A stretch of 64,000 bases of DNA from a virus, in the IMG/VR virus record IMGVR_UViG_3300047160_020099, positions 64,001-128,000 of that record; one strand, written 5' to 3'. Position 1 is the first letter of the stretch, and the number at the start of each line of letters is the position of its first letter. A program made the translations under genes and the position numbers. Shown piece by piece: positions 20,127 to 29,859 of the stretch. Below the pieces are notes generated by a model. That model was given only the letters and a program-made list of their open reading frames with translations. It ran no database searches and was not told where the DNA came from.

Positions 20127-20558
20127 ATGAATCGAGAGAGCCGTTACGATCCTTATTCCCTCTGGCTTGTCTTGCAGAGCCAACCAGACAAGACGCTGGT
20201 TCACAGCTTCGACCACGGAGACAAGGCCATGGAATTCGCCAAAACATATGACCCGCAGACCGGACCGTTCAAGCTGGCCCGGACTGCGCTAGAACAAGTA
20301 GCGCCGGTACTGGCCGCTGCCGCGCAGGTAGCGATCGGCATCATACGGTCCGAGAAGCACGCCTCGCGTAAGCTTCATGGTGCGGCCAACTTCCTCGAAA
20401 CGTCCCTGCGTTACGCAGCGATGGACCGTGACCTGCCGGAGCTTTACAAGGCGACACGGCGGCAGTTCATGTACGGGTCGCAGGTGCTGGCCGACAGGGT
20501 GCAGGCTGCTACTGATGCCCTGCGGCCCTATCTCGATCTGAAGCTGGTGATGCGGTGA
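20127..20558 (+). CDS. hypothetical protein
   Basis: GAGGAG RBS. Confidence 0.65.
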   Translation: MNRESRYDPYSLWLVLQSQPDKTLVHSFDHGDKAMEFAKTYDPQTGPFKLARTALEQVAPVLAAAAQVAIGIIRSEKHASRKLHGAANFLETSLRYAAMDRDLPELYKATRRQFMYGSQVLADRVQAATDALRPYLDLKLVMR

Positions 20559-20803
20559 GGAGTAGAGGACCTCGGCGTATAAATCTAGGGCATCTCAAGG
20601 AGGTTTACTACGCTGTATGGCTAGATACCTTGTCTTTCGAGCTTGAGCATATCGGTGAAGATCTTGCCTACTTGCTTGGCGCGATGCTCCAGGGCGAATG
20701 CTGTGCATGGCCCGAGCACAGGCCGCTTGTGAAACTTCTTCGGAAGCGGTTTCCGAAGACGCACATCGTGTGGGACTACATCAGCATAGACGAGGAGGCA
20801 TAA
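20555..20803 (+). CDS. hypothetical protein
   Basis: Coupled GTGA overlap. Confidence 0.55.
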   Translation: MRSRGPRRINLGHLKEVYYAVWLDTLSFELEHIGEDLAYLLGAMLQGECCAWPEHRPLVKLLRKRFPKTHIVWDYISIDEEA

Positions 20804-20805
20804 CC

Positions 20806-21249
20806 TTGTCCCATATTACCAAGATGGAAATCGAAGTCACCGATCTTGATTCGCTCAAGGAGGCTTGCGAAGAGATCGGCCTGGAATTCAGAGAAGGTCA
20901 GGAGACCTACAAGTGGTTCGGTGCTTCCGTTGGCGACACGCCCATACCGGAAGGCGTTGATGAATCGCAGCTGGGACACTGTGCGCACGCGCTGCGTGTC
21001 CGCGGCAAGCCCGGTGCCTATGAGATCGGCGTGGTACCCAACGCTACCAGGACGGGTTACCACCTCTTGTGGGACTTCTGGGCCGGCGGTTATGGCCTTC
21101 GCGACGCTATCGGCGACGAGGGCAGCAAGCTTCTCCAGAAGTACACCGAGAAGAAGGTGCTCAAGGAAACGCGGAAGGCCGGCTTCCGGCTGGCCAACAC
21201 CGAGAGGAATTTCGCTGATGGCTCTATCAAGCTCACGCTTCGTCGCTGA
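20806..21249 (+). CDS. DUF1257 (Ycf35-like) protein
   Basis: GAGGAGG RBS, TTG start; SHIT..I..TDLDSLKEAC..G..YEIGV..Y.L.WDFW..DGSIKL. Confidence 0.75.
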   Translation: MSHITKMEIEVTDLDSLKEACEEIGLEFREGQETYKWFGASVGDTPIPEGVDESQLGHCAHALRVRGKPGAYEIGVVPNATRTGYHLLWDFWAGGYGLRDAIGDEGSKLLQKYTEKKVLKETRKAGFRLANTERNFADGSIKLTLRR

Positions 21250-21271
21250 GCCTGAACGAGATCCATGGCGA

Positions 21272-21709
21272 ATGGCCATGCAGCTGGCTGTCATACGCGG
21301 GCAACTACCGGCCTTTAAGCCGGCAGATCTTGAACCCGGCGTCAAGTTCTTCGTGCTCATGCTTGAACAGGCCGGCTGTGAGACCATGTATAGCTGTGAA
21401 GGCCATCCAGGCGGCTTCTATATCGTGTTCCGCGCGCCGAACTACAGGCGAGCATTCGACATCGATCGCTGTGACTCGGTATTTACCACTGAGCTGGACC
21501 ACCGTGAGCTGGTTTTCAGGCTCTCGCTCATGGTAGCTGAACACGGGGATACTTCGTGGGATGATGACAAACGATGCCGACGGCTGAGCTATCTGGCGAA
21601 ACTATGGGAAAAGCAACTTGGCCGTCTCAAAGCTCTGGACGTACTGGAGGATAAATGCAGGAGATCACTATCACCATTGATCGCCTCGGCAAGCCAACCA
21701 TCGAGGTGA
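21272..21709 (+). CDS. hypothetical protein with T.YSCEGH motif
   Basis: LEPGVK.FV.ML..G.ETMYSCEGH motif seen in phage proteins (TYW3-like). Confidence 0.55.
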   Translation: MAMQLAVIRGQLPAFKPADLEPGVKFFVLMLEQAGCETMYSCEGHPGGFYIVFRAPNYRRAFDIDRCDSVFTTELDHRELVFRLSLMVAEHGDTSWDDDKRCRRLSYLAKLWEKQLGRLKALDVLEDKCRRSLSPLIASASQPSR

Positions 21710-21852
21710 AAGGTGTCAAGGGACGACAGTGCCTGAAGGTAACCGAAGGACTGGAACAGTCGCTCGGTGGTAAGGTTGTAAGCCGCGACGCAACTGCTGA
21801 CATGTTGCCTCTCGGTAGCACCACCACAACGACCGCCAAAGTCACGCACTGA
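21655..21852 (+). CDS. DUF2997 family protein
   Basis: GGAGG RBS; I.ITID..G...IEV.GVKG..C...T..LE..LG. Confidence 0.8.
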   Translation: MQEITITIDRLGKPTIEVKGVKGRQCLKVTEGLEQSLGGKVVSRDATADMLPLGSTTTTTAKVTH

Positions 21853-22115
21853 TGGACGTCACGCTGTTCATCGGCCGTGACGGCAGTTTGACATTCCTGT
21901 ACGACGACATCCTTATGCAAGCCCTTCGTGAGCTGGGTCCTGCCAGCACGCGAAGGGCTTCTAACGTTGAGCCCACTACAGACGGTAAACACTGGCTCGC
22001 CGACATGTCGCCCACAGCCGGCCGACCAGTAACTCTTGGTCCTTTCGAGACCCGCCAGGAAGCTCTGGATGCCGAGGCAAATTGGCTCCTGAACTTTCTG
22101 GTGGGCACCATATGA
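21852..22115 (+). CDS. hypothetical protein of the DUF2997/DUF1257 cluster
   Basis: RRASNVEP..W.ADMSP..LGPF.TR.EAL.AE.WL. Confidence 0.7.
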   Translation: MDVTLFIGRDGSLTFLYDDILMQALRELGPASTRRASNVEPTTDGKHWLADMSPTAGRPVTLGPFETRQEALDAEANWLLNFLVGTI

Positions 22116-22120
22116 CGGGT

Positions 22121-22134
22121 AGTATTCGAATACT
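22121..22134. promoter_or_regulatory. perfect copy of dispersed palindrome AGTATT-NN-AATACT (intergenic)
   Basis: AGTATTCGAATACT; 12 further copies listed in findings. Confidence 0.75.
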
Positions 22135-22152
22135 CCTACACAGGATGCAACA

Positions 22153-22503
22153 ATGCCACGCGCAAAGCGCACTACCGTTACTCATTCCGTCAGCAAGAGC
22201 TGCGACGGCGATGGCGATCCATTTGAGCTCGGAATGCCGAGTGAAGAGACGACTGTGGACCTGATCCGTTACCGGGTCATTGCCGAGCTCCACGTCGATC
22301 AGAAGATCGCTGAGCTGACCGCGATCCTGGCAATGGCCGTCGGCACGGGGCCGGCGGCTACAGCAACGCCCAAGACCAGTAAGTGGGCCTGGAACTACGC
22401 CACGTTTGCTGACGCACAGGCCGCTCAACGGCGACTCGCCGATCTGGCAGCGGCCAACAGCAACATCCGGGTCAAAAACCTGACCATTCAGGAGGTAGCG
22501 TGA
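22153..22503 (+). CDS. hypothetical protein
   Basis: AGGA RBS, coupled to next. Confidence 0.6.
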   Translation: MPRAKRTTVTHSVSKSCDGDGDPFELGMPSEETTVDLIRYRVIAELHVDQKIAELTAILAMAVGTGPAATATPKTSKWAWNYATFADAQAAQRRLADLAAANSNIRVKNLTIQEVA

Positions 22504-22862
22504 ACTGGCAAAAGTTGATCGACGAGTTCGAGCCCGTTACCCTGGAGCGTGGTGACCTCACTGTCACCTTCGAATACTGGGATGGCGGGCTCGACAGGAA
22601 CTACTTCAACCCAGCTGAGCCGAAGGACGACAAGCCGACGCTTCACCTTGCCGTCTACCGGGATACGCCGAACGGTTTCGAAATGGAAGCCGCATTTGCC
22701 ACACGGCTTTTGATCAGCGACAGCTTCGAGACGCTGGTCGCGCATCTCGGCGCCATCTTGCCACTGGTCACGCACCAGGCGGATTACCAGATCCTCCTGC
22801 GTAAGGCTCCGTTCGTGTTCGCGGACCGTTCACCAGGCGTTGTGAGCCCGGCCTATGCCTAA
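22500..22862 (+). CDS. hypothetical protein
   Basis: AGGAGGT RBS, GTG start. Confidence 0.65.
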   Translation: MNWQKLIDEFEPVTLERGDLTVTFEYWDGGLDRNYFNPAEPKDDKPTLHLAVYRDTPNGFEMEAAFATRLLISDSFETLVAHLGAILPLVTHQADYQILLRKAPFVFADRSPGVVSPAYA

Positions 22863-23073
22863 CCTCTATGAGATCACGGTCCGTTTCAGAGACGGAGAGC
22901 TATACGGCCGTACTAGTGTACAGGTCTCGGCAACTGACGAACATGACGCCAGGGAAAAAGCGCTCGATGAACTGGCTGAAACGCAGCCCTGGGATGAAGT
23001 GACGGATGTGTGGGTGACCAAGCTCAACGACCCGCCGCCATCGCCTGACGGCGAGCCTCCGCCAGCTGCCTGA
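22855..23073 (+). CDS. small acidic hypothetical protein
   Basis: Overlaps previous stop. Confidence 0.55.
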   Translation: MPNLYEITVRFRDGELYGRTSVQVSATDEHDAREKALDELAETQPWDEVTDVWVTKLNDPPPSPDGEPPPAA

Positions 23074-24223
23074 GATAGTTGTTGCTGAACTGCTTCGAGT
23101 AAGCCGAAGCTTCCTTGACGATCGGCTTGATGCCGAAGTCAGACATGAACTTTTCCAGGGCTTCGACGTCGCCCCTTGGCAAGGTCTGAATGAAACGGGC
23201 GGCCTTCTCGGAATCGACGTACAGGCCGTCGTTGGTCATCTGATCGGCGAAGTCGTCGCCGAAATAATCTCGCACCTCGCCGAGCTTCATTCGCTCCAGG
23301 TCGGCGAGCTTGTACATGTTCCCCGTGGTAGTGCCGACGTGTTCCCTCACAGCCTCGGCCATCTTCTCCCTTGTAAGACCGAACAACACATCCTCCACAC
23401 GCGGCAGGTCCGGACCGTAGCCGGAAACAAGTCCGGCTGTTCGGTCAAACTGGTCCACCACAGCCGCTACCTTGACGCGGACGCCTGGCTCTCGTAGCTT
23501 GGCGGGATGTTGCGCGATCATTTTGGCCAGCTTCAGCATCTCGGTTTGAAGCTCGCTCAGAGGACCCGGTCCCTTGCGACTGGCATGTACCCTGGTAAGA
23601 ATCATCTCGGCCGCTTCGTGTGAGGAGCAGGCACCATGCCCAGCCTGCTTCTCGACGAACTCGTTCAACAGGCCCAGCGTTACGCCCAGCTGGGCCTGCT
23701 TTTGCAAAATCTTGTCGGCGATCTGCTGTCGGACTTCGAAAGTCATGGCCGGGTGGTCCCGGTGCTTGTGCAGGTAATCGGCAGCCGCCTTCACTTCGGC
23801 TGGGTTCTGAATGCGGTAGCGACGGTGCTTGCCGCCATCATCCTCCCAGACAAGAGCAAAGTCTTCATCCGGCAGCAGTGCGTCACTGTTCGGCACATTG
23901 GTGTCGAAAGCTACCTTGAGCTGCCGGATAGAATCATGTATGCCGTGGACTTCGGCGCAGTGCATGATACGGTCTTCGACTGCACTGGCATCGACAGGGC
24001 GGAACTCAGCCCTTTTGTCCAGGAAAAAGGCCATGCTAGCCCACGTGGCTGCCGCCGTGTGACACGGAAACATGCGGTGACGTGGGTCACCGTAAACCTC
24101 TGCCGGCAAGTTGTCTGTGCCACACAGCTCTTCCACAGACGCCTGCTTCACGAAGGCCGGTGGCTGATAGAGCGTGACAAGCCGGTAAAGCTGACGGCCA
24201 CTTACATCACGAGACTGATCCAT
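23024..24223 (-). CDS. hypothetical protein, possibly head/virion-associated
   Basis: GGAG RBS before ATG at 24223; ~400 aa; same strand as terminase. Confidence 0.7.
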   Translation of the reverse strand: MDQSRDVSGRQLYRLVTLYQPPAFVKQASVEELCGTDNLPAEVYGDPRHRMFPCHTAAATWASMAFFLDKRAEFRPVDASAVEDRIMHCAEVHGIHDSIRQLKVAFDTNVPNSDALLPDEDFALVWEDDGGKHRRYRIQNPAEVKAAADYLHKHRDHPAMTFEVRQQIADKILQKQAQLGVTLGLLNEFVEKQAGHGACSSHEAAEMILTRVHASRKGPGPLSELQTEMLKLAKMIAQHPAKLREPGVRVKVAAVVDQFDRTAGLVSGYGPDLPRVEDVLFGLTREKMAEAVREHVGTTTGNMYKLADLERMKLGEVRDYFGDDFADQMTNDGLYVDSEKAARFIQTLPRGDVEALEKFMSDFGIKPIVKEASAYSKQFSNNYLRQLAEARRQAMAAGR

Positions 24224-26957
24224 GACGACTTCTCCGGATCGAGTTCCTGAAAACTTGAACCTGCTGGTGGACTGGACGAAAGCCTTGACAGCGATGGACG
24301 TCGGCGGTGTAGGCAACTACTTGCCATGCACGGTGCGCTGCCCGGGTTGTGCAAATAACACCTTGACCATCTATCAGGATACCACGCTCGGTGGTCAGTG
24401 GGGATACTGCAAGACGTGTCGGCTGGGCGGTGACCTGATCAAGTTGGTTAGCCGCTGGACCATTGGACATTTACACACCGCTTTGGCGTGGTTATACAAC
24501 CGCCAAGCGCTTACCTGTGCCGCTTTGCCCAGCACAGAGAGACTCAATGCTTATGACGCCTGGTATTCCGAGCGCATCAAGCAGACGACACTCTTCTGGG
24601 GACAGGCTCAAGTGAACCTTGTCACCGGGAAGGAAGGTGCTTCAGCCTTCCAGTTCATTGACGAGACCGATCGCTCCAGGCTGGCCGACGGCATTGGCCG
24701 TTTCGTCGGCGTCGCCACCCGAGAACAGGTCGCGGCTTTCCTGGCACCACACAACATACGCCATCTCTTTCCACCTGCCAAGCGGCACGGCGTTCGTCGC
24801 AGCTGGCAGAATGCATTGATCATCCCCTTCCAGGATTTCCCTGGCCGCATCTCCGCCTTCGCCCATTGCATCCACGAGGGTTACCTGGAGCCTGACGTTG
24901 CATACGTGGGGACAGCCTCCGCATTGCCTAACAGCAAGGTCCAAAGGCCTGGCGGTATCGCGATGCTTGACGCCCTATTGCAACCTCCTACGGAGCCATT
25001 CCATGACACCGCGTTCGTACTGCTGGACCCGATCCTGGCACTCCACCTGCAAACCCGACACCTGGCACACAGCCTCGATTACAACCTACTGCCCGTGGTT
25101 GGACTCTGGCCCGGCGCCGACGAAGCCCCGCTCCGCGTATTGGCTCCTACACAGAACCTGGTCTTCTGGGCGCCCAAGCTGACGGCAGATGTATTCCGTC
25201 ATGCCCGCAAGGCTAACGCCAAGATTGCGGTCTGCACAGCGGCCCGGGAGAAGCCAGAGAAACAGCAGAGCAGGTACGCAGTCTCCAAGTGGTTGAAGGA
25301 CCGCGAAGACCAGGCATTGCCGTGGGGTACTGTTCTTGAGGAACACTTACGCACCTTGCCGCCCGTGGAGGCAGAGGCTCTCCTGACCCAGGCCGGTCTG
25401 ACTGGTGAGGAGCTGCGGCAGTTCATAGCCGGTTGCGGAAAGGTCTTGCGCGAACGGCTTGGCACACTATTCACCCAGCACGGCTGCGACAAATGCGTGA
25501 ATGTCAGCAAACACACTGTCATCGAAACGGAGCGAGGCTGGGAACTGCTCAAGCCCCGGGAGTTGATCTGCGACGCCAAGTTGCGTGTCGATGAGGTTAT
25601 CCACCTGCCGGGCAGTGGACGCAGCTACGGACAAGGCTACGTTGTCTACAAGGGCGAGGAGTTACCTTTCACAGCGGAGCTTCACGAGCTGGAGACCAAA
25701 CCCTTCCTCTTCATGAGAAAGCTGCTCATCGAGCACAACAAGGGGCTGCTTCACGCTAATCAGCAATGGCAACGACATGGCTGGAACATTGCCCAGCAAT
25801 TCCACCCGCCGAAACTGGTTCGTGGTGTGGACCACTATGGCTGGGACCCTGTCGAGAACCGTTGGGTCTTCCCTGGTTACTTCATCGACAATCTTGGCAA
25901 CGTCCACGAGCACAAGTTGCCGCGGCCGAAGGTGCGAGGCCTGCCGGCGCTGAATCTCGGCAAGCCACAGGAGTTGCTACCTGATCAGGTTGAACTGCTG
26001 CATAAGTGGAACGATCCGGCTGTGCCAGCACTATGGTCTCTCCTGACGGCAGTGTTGCACAACTTGCTGGCAAGTCCTTACGCCTATGTCGCTTCCGGCA
26101 TTGCAGTCGTTGGTGACGAGTCTGGAAGACGGGACTGTCTGACGCTGGCGCAAGCGCTGGGCTGCCCCATCATGGCCTCGTCAGCCAGCATGCCAGCTGG
26201 CATTGCCGAGCGAATCCAGAAGGAGGAAGCCGACTCCGCATGGCCCGTCCCCATCGAGGGCTTCAAGCGAAGCCCTGGCTGGCGGTACTGGTTCGAGTTG
26301 AAGCCACACAACTGCGTCCTCGGTCTGGACGAGCTGACAGCGTATGTGGGGATGGTCAATGGAGGCTGGTTCTATCTGGAGGCTGCCAACCGGCCCGCAG
26401 TGGAACCAAAACACCTGGAAGTAGCCGCCGTCATGCTGCCTAGCTTCCTCCAGTGGCTGGCCAAGCGGCGCATGGAGCGGACGCTCTGGAGTGAGTCCTT
26501 GCCACTGAATCAGGTTATCGCCGACCTGAGTGCCTGGTTCAGGGAAGCTGGCGGGGCTGTTGATGTGGCTGCCAGGATGAATCGCAAGCTAACCGGCGAA
26601 TACAAGGGCTGCGTCACAGACTATTTCGCCAAGCTCTTGATGAAGCTGTACGAGGAAGGAGCCATTCTTTCACGGCGCGTCGGCTTCAAGTCGGCACAGA
26701 AGACATCGGTCATCTTTATGCCGGAGCGCGACGGGCTGTGGATACCGAAGTCCGGCGTGAATGTCGTTCTCGGCCATCGCAACCTGCCCGGACTGAACAT
26801 CGATCGCGTGACCAGGGCTCTGAACGACGAGAACGTGTTGCTCGACGAGTGTGATTGCCAGGGCACAGCCGGCTGGCTGGTCACAGAAGCCTGGTGGAAC
26901 GAGCAGCAAAAGCAATGGCGTGGTGGGCGTAAAACAGAGCTCAAGCTAGCGAGGTGA
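24222..26957 (+). CDS. large protein with N-terminal primase-type Zn finger and degenerate primase/DUF927-like regions
   Basis: CPGC..CKTCRLGGDLI; LIIPFQD.PG; YGWD..WVFPG; start uncertain. Confidence 0.6.
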   Translation: MTTSPDRVPENLNLLVDWTKALTAMDVGGVGNYLPCTVRCPGCANNTLTIYQDTTLGGQWGYCKTCRLGGDLIKLVSRWTIGHLHTALAWLYNRQALTCAALPSTERLNAYDAWYSERIKQTTLFWGQAQVNLVTGKEGASAFQFIDETDRSRLADGIGRFVGVATREQVAAFLAPHNIRHLFPPAKRHGVRRSWQNALIIPFQDFPGRISAFAHCIHEGYLEPDVAYVGTASALPNSKVQRPGGIAMLDALLQPPTEPFHDTAFVLLDPILALHLQTRHLAHSLDYNLLPVVGLWPGADEAPLRVLAPTQNLVFWAPKLTADVFRHARKANAKIAVCTAAREKPEKQQSRYAVSKWLKDREDQALPWGTVLEEHLRTLPPVEAEALLTQAGLTGEELRQFIAGCGKVLRERLGTLFTQHGCDKCVNVSKHTVIETERGWELLKPRELICDAKLRVDEVIHLPGSGRSYGQGYVVYKGEELPFTAELHELETKPFLFMRKLLIEHNKGLLHANQQWQRHGWNIAQQFHPPKLVRGVDHYGWDPVENRWVFPGYFIDNLGNVHEHKLPRPKVRGLPALNLGKPQELLPDQVELLHKWNDPAVPALWSLLTAVLHNLLASPYAYVASGIAVVGDESGRRDCLTLAQALGCPIMASSASMPAGIAERIQKEEADSAWPVPIEGFKRSPGWRYWFELKPHNCVLGLDELTAYVGMVNGGWFYLEAANRPAVEPKHLEVAAVMLPSFLQWLAKRRMERTLWSESLPLNQVIADLSAWFREAGGAVDVAARMNRKLTGEYKGCVTDYFAKLLMKLYEEGAILSRRVGFKSAQKTSVIFMPERDGLWIPKSGVNVVLGHRNLPGLNIDRVTRALNDENVLLDECDCQGTAGWLVTEAWWNEQQKQWRGGRKTELKLAR

Positions 26958-26958
26958 C

Positions 26959-27312
26959 ATGGCTGAGAAGAAGACGATCTTCTTCCTGGAGATCGTCAGC
27001 GAAGGGACGGTAATCAGCGGCACGGCACATACAACAGAGGAGCATGCCAAACACTGGTTGGCTGAATGGTGTCGAAGTCAGTGGCTAGAGCAAAACGAGC
27101 TCGATCCTGACGATTTCCTCAATCCGGCTGAGGTCGAACTGATAGAAGATGAGTGGGAAAAGCCGTTGTCCGATGATGACAACGAAGCCACGAGCACGTA
27201 CTTCGAACACTGGGATCCAGAGGAAAGCTTCGATCTCGACGAACTGCTTCTTGACCCGCCGCTTCCTGGTGAAGAGCCTGTTGAATCAGGGCATCCCGAA
27301 GAAGCCGTCTAG
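26959..27312 (+). CDS. very acidic hypothetical protein
   Basis: GAGGTG RBS; D/E-rich. Confidence 0.65.
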   Translation: MAEKKTIFFLEIVSEGTVISGTAHTTEEHAKHWLAEWCRSQWLEQNELDPDDFLNPAEVELIEDEWEKPLSDDDNEATSTYFEHWDPEESFDLDELLLDPPLPGEEPVESGHPEEAV

Positions 27313-29283
27313 GTCGTTGCCGCCGCCCATTATCCACGGACTTTCCGGCGCCACCATGTTGAGCTGCTGCTCTGATAGCTTGATGTTGGCCAGAGCAGCC
27401 GTATCCGGCCAGCCTCGCTGCCACCACAAAGCACAGCACGCGAAATTGACGGCATGGGCGAAGTCGTCCTGCTGACCAGCCGCCCGCATGATCGTGTAGA
27501 TATCCCGCCCGCGGGCCATCTCGATCTTGTTCTCGGTCAGGGCCAGGAAGTCGCGTATGAGCCCCGGATTGTCCTTGTTCTCGTAGTCGTACCTGAAGAA
27601 GCGGATCTGGCCCAGCTTGATCATCAGGCAGGTCAGAACCAGGCTACGCGCCTTGTCGAGGATCCAGTAATCTCGGGAGTGCTTCTGCTCCGAGCGGTGG
27701 TAGACCATGATGTTCTGCGTGGCAGTAGCCTGATAGACAAGCGGCACTACACGCTCGATCGGCATACCGGAGTGTACGATCAACGCTTCGCGGCCAGAGC
27801 CGGCGCCGTTGTAGTCGTGGGCTAGCTGGTCGCAGCTGAACGCGTTGAAGACCTTCATGACGTCCACAGCTTCTTCGATCTGCATGGCCGGGTTCAATAG
27901 TTTCCGTCCGTAGATGACGTCGATCCTGCCATCGCCGCGCATGCCGGCAACAGCCATCTTTGTATACGAAATGATCTGGCTATGGCCTTCGATCTTGTTG
28001 CTGTCGCCGCCACCACCCCAGTCCACGCCAAGCACACAGTTCGTATATTCGCGCCGGTGACTCAGTGCTTCAGTCGGCACTTTGCGGCCCAGCAGGTCGT
28101 TGTCCCACTCAAGCACAGACGCCTTGACCAGATCGGTTTCCGTTACCAGCTTGATGCCCTGGTCGCAGCTCTCGCCCAGCACTTCGTTGTCGAATGTGGC
28201 CGGTGAGGTGTTGTTACGTCCTTCCCGTTTGCCCAGCAACTCCTTCCACATGTCGTGGTCGGCGTAGTGGATGGGCATGATGATCTGCGGGATGTGGTAG
28301 CCGGGGAAGTCCCATCGCCTTTGTTCATACCGGTGGACCCAACGCCCCTGGCGAGGAAAGACAGATCGGCCACAGCCGGCACAGATAATCCCAGGGCGAG
28401 CTTCGCTGATGTCGGGATGAAGAGGCCCAATCATCTTGTCCAGATCGAGAGCCTTGCACGGGAAGTTCAGCTTGCCACACGCCTGACAGGGTATGGCCCA
28501 CTCGGCCTGGCTGGAGTCCTGCCACAACGTTTCGATCGTGTTGTCGATGGTCTTGGGCGTGCCGGTGAAAAGCTTGAGCCGCCACGGGGAGTGTGAGCTG
28601 ACTTCCTCGATGACCGGGATCAGGCTATCCATCATGTCCTGGACTTCGTCGTAGTTGATAGCGTCGGCCGAGATACCGCGGACACGGTCAGCATCAGTCA
28701 GTGCAAATGAGAAGAACATCTTTGAGCGGTTCTTGAAGCTCCGTTGCAAGACGGAGTTCTCTGTCTCTGTTCCGGTCCACATGTCACGCACTGGCGAGTC
28801 ACTGATGAAGGGCCGGACATACTGTGTGGAGAAACGCCGCACCTGTTCGTAAAGCGGCGTGACAACAAGCGTGGTGAAGTGTGGGATGGCGTTGGACAGG
28901 GTTATGCTCCTGGCCGCCATGCTGGTGCTCTTGGCCACCTGCCGAGCTGTCTTGTAGAGCACCTCCCGAGCCATACGGCAGTTGAATACCGTTTCGAACG
29001 GGTAATGGTCGTCCAGTGTATATGGACGACCTTTCAGGTTCAGCAATAACGGCAGAAGCGGCACCATCGTACGCAAGCGGCCAGTTTCAGCCAGCTTGCG
29101 AAAGACAGCTATACGCTCCGTCCATGGCACCTTGTGGCCGCCGCTCGTTTCGGCAGCCAGTGCCATCAGCACCTTGCGCACCTGGTCTTCGTCGCTAACG
29201 CGGTGCTGACCACTATATGCAGTTATGGCCGCGCGTCCTTCTGTGGCCAACATTGTTTCCCCATATGTTTGACAGACTGTCAT
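27286..29283 (-). CDS. terL: terminase large subunit (GpA-like)
   Basis: KTARQVAKST Walker A, RGISADAINYDEVQD Walker B, GTPKT, CxxC..CxxC, GVDWGGG and DDFAHA nuclease motifs; start uncertain. Confidence 0.88.
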   Translation of the reverse strand: MTVCQTYGETMLATEGRAAITAYSGQHRVSDEDQVRKVLMALAAETSGGHKVPWTERIAVFRKLAETGRLRTMVPLLPLLLNLKGRPYTLDDHYPFETVFNCRMAREVLYKTARQVAKSTSMAARSITLSNAIPHFTTLVVTPLYEQVRRFSTQYVRPFISDSPVRDMWTGTETENSVLQRSFKNRSKMFFSFALTDADRVRGISADAINYDEVQDMMDSLIPVIEEVSSHSPWRLKLFTGTPKTIDNTIETLWQDSSQAEWAIPCQACGKLNFPCKALDLDKMIGPLHPDISEARPGIICAGCGRSVFPRQGRWVHRYEQRRWDFPGYHIPQIIMPIHYADHDMWKELLGKREGRNNTSPATFDNEVLGESCDQGIKLVTETDLVKASVLEWDNDLLGRKVPTEALSHRREYTNCVLGVDWGGGGDSNKIEGHSQIISYTKMAVAGMRGDGRIDVIYGRKLLNPAMQIEEAVDVMKVFNAFSCDQLAHDYNGAGSGREALIVHSGMPIERVVPLVYQATATQNIMVYHRSEQKHSRDYWILDKARSLVLTCLMIKLGQIRFFRYDYENKDNPGLIRDFLALTENKIEMARGRDIYTIMRAAGQQDDFAHAVNFACCALWWQRGWPDTAALANIKLSEQQLNMVAPESPWIMGGGNDLDGFFGMP

Positions 29284-29337
29284 CCGACAGCTGTCCGTTT
29301 CGTCACACGTTACCAGCTACCTAGCTTTGAGGTAACC

Positions 29338-29505
29338 ATGTCCAAGCGTGATTCTGACTCTCTGGTTGTCAACCTCGCCGGTCCGGTTGTCGTGAGCGGT
29401 TTGATCATTGCCGCTAGCGGTGGTGGTTTCATGCCGCTTCTGGGCATGCTGTTCGGTCTCTATCTTAGCAGCAACGCCCTCAAGGAGGTTGATAGGCATA
29501 AATAA
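29338..29505 (+). CDS. small membrane protein
   Basis: GAGGT RBS, hydrophobic. Confidence 0.5.
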   Translation: MSKRDSDSLVVNLAGPVVVSGLIIAASGGGFMPLLGMLFGLYLSSNALKEVDRHK

Positions 29506-29516
29506 GGAGGTAACGG

Positions 29517-29837
29517 TTGAGTGAGATCGTGATCTTGGCGCTGGCAGTGCTCTCGCTGCATACAGCGTGGTATGAGGGCAGCATGTTCGCTGTCTGGCGA
29601 GAGCATGTCGAAGCCTGGCGAGGGTTGAGCGGCTACAAAAAGCCGCTCGCCTTCGTCGGCGAACTGCTAGGCTGCAAGTTGTGCATGTCGATCTGGCTGG
29701 CCATCCTGCTGGCCGTCTTGTTCAAGCTGACGCCTGCCGTCTTCGGCGGCTGGTGGGTTCGTATATGCGATGCCCTGCTGGCTGCTCTGGCCGCGGCGGC
29801 ACTCATCCAGGTCTATCACCACTGGCTGGATGAGTAG
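29517..29837 (+). CDS. membrane protein, DUF1360-like
   Basis: AAGGAGGT RBS; GELLGCKLCMSIW motif, several TM segments. Confidence 0.65.
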   Translation: MSEIVILALAVLSLHTAWYEGSMFAVWREHVEAWRGLSGYKKPLAFVGELLGCKLCMSIWLAILLAVLFKLTPAVFGGWWVRICDALLAALAAAALIQVYHHWLDE

Positions 29838-29859
29838 TGCAATACTCGTGGAGAGGTTC

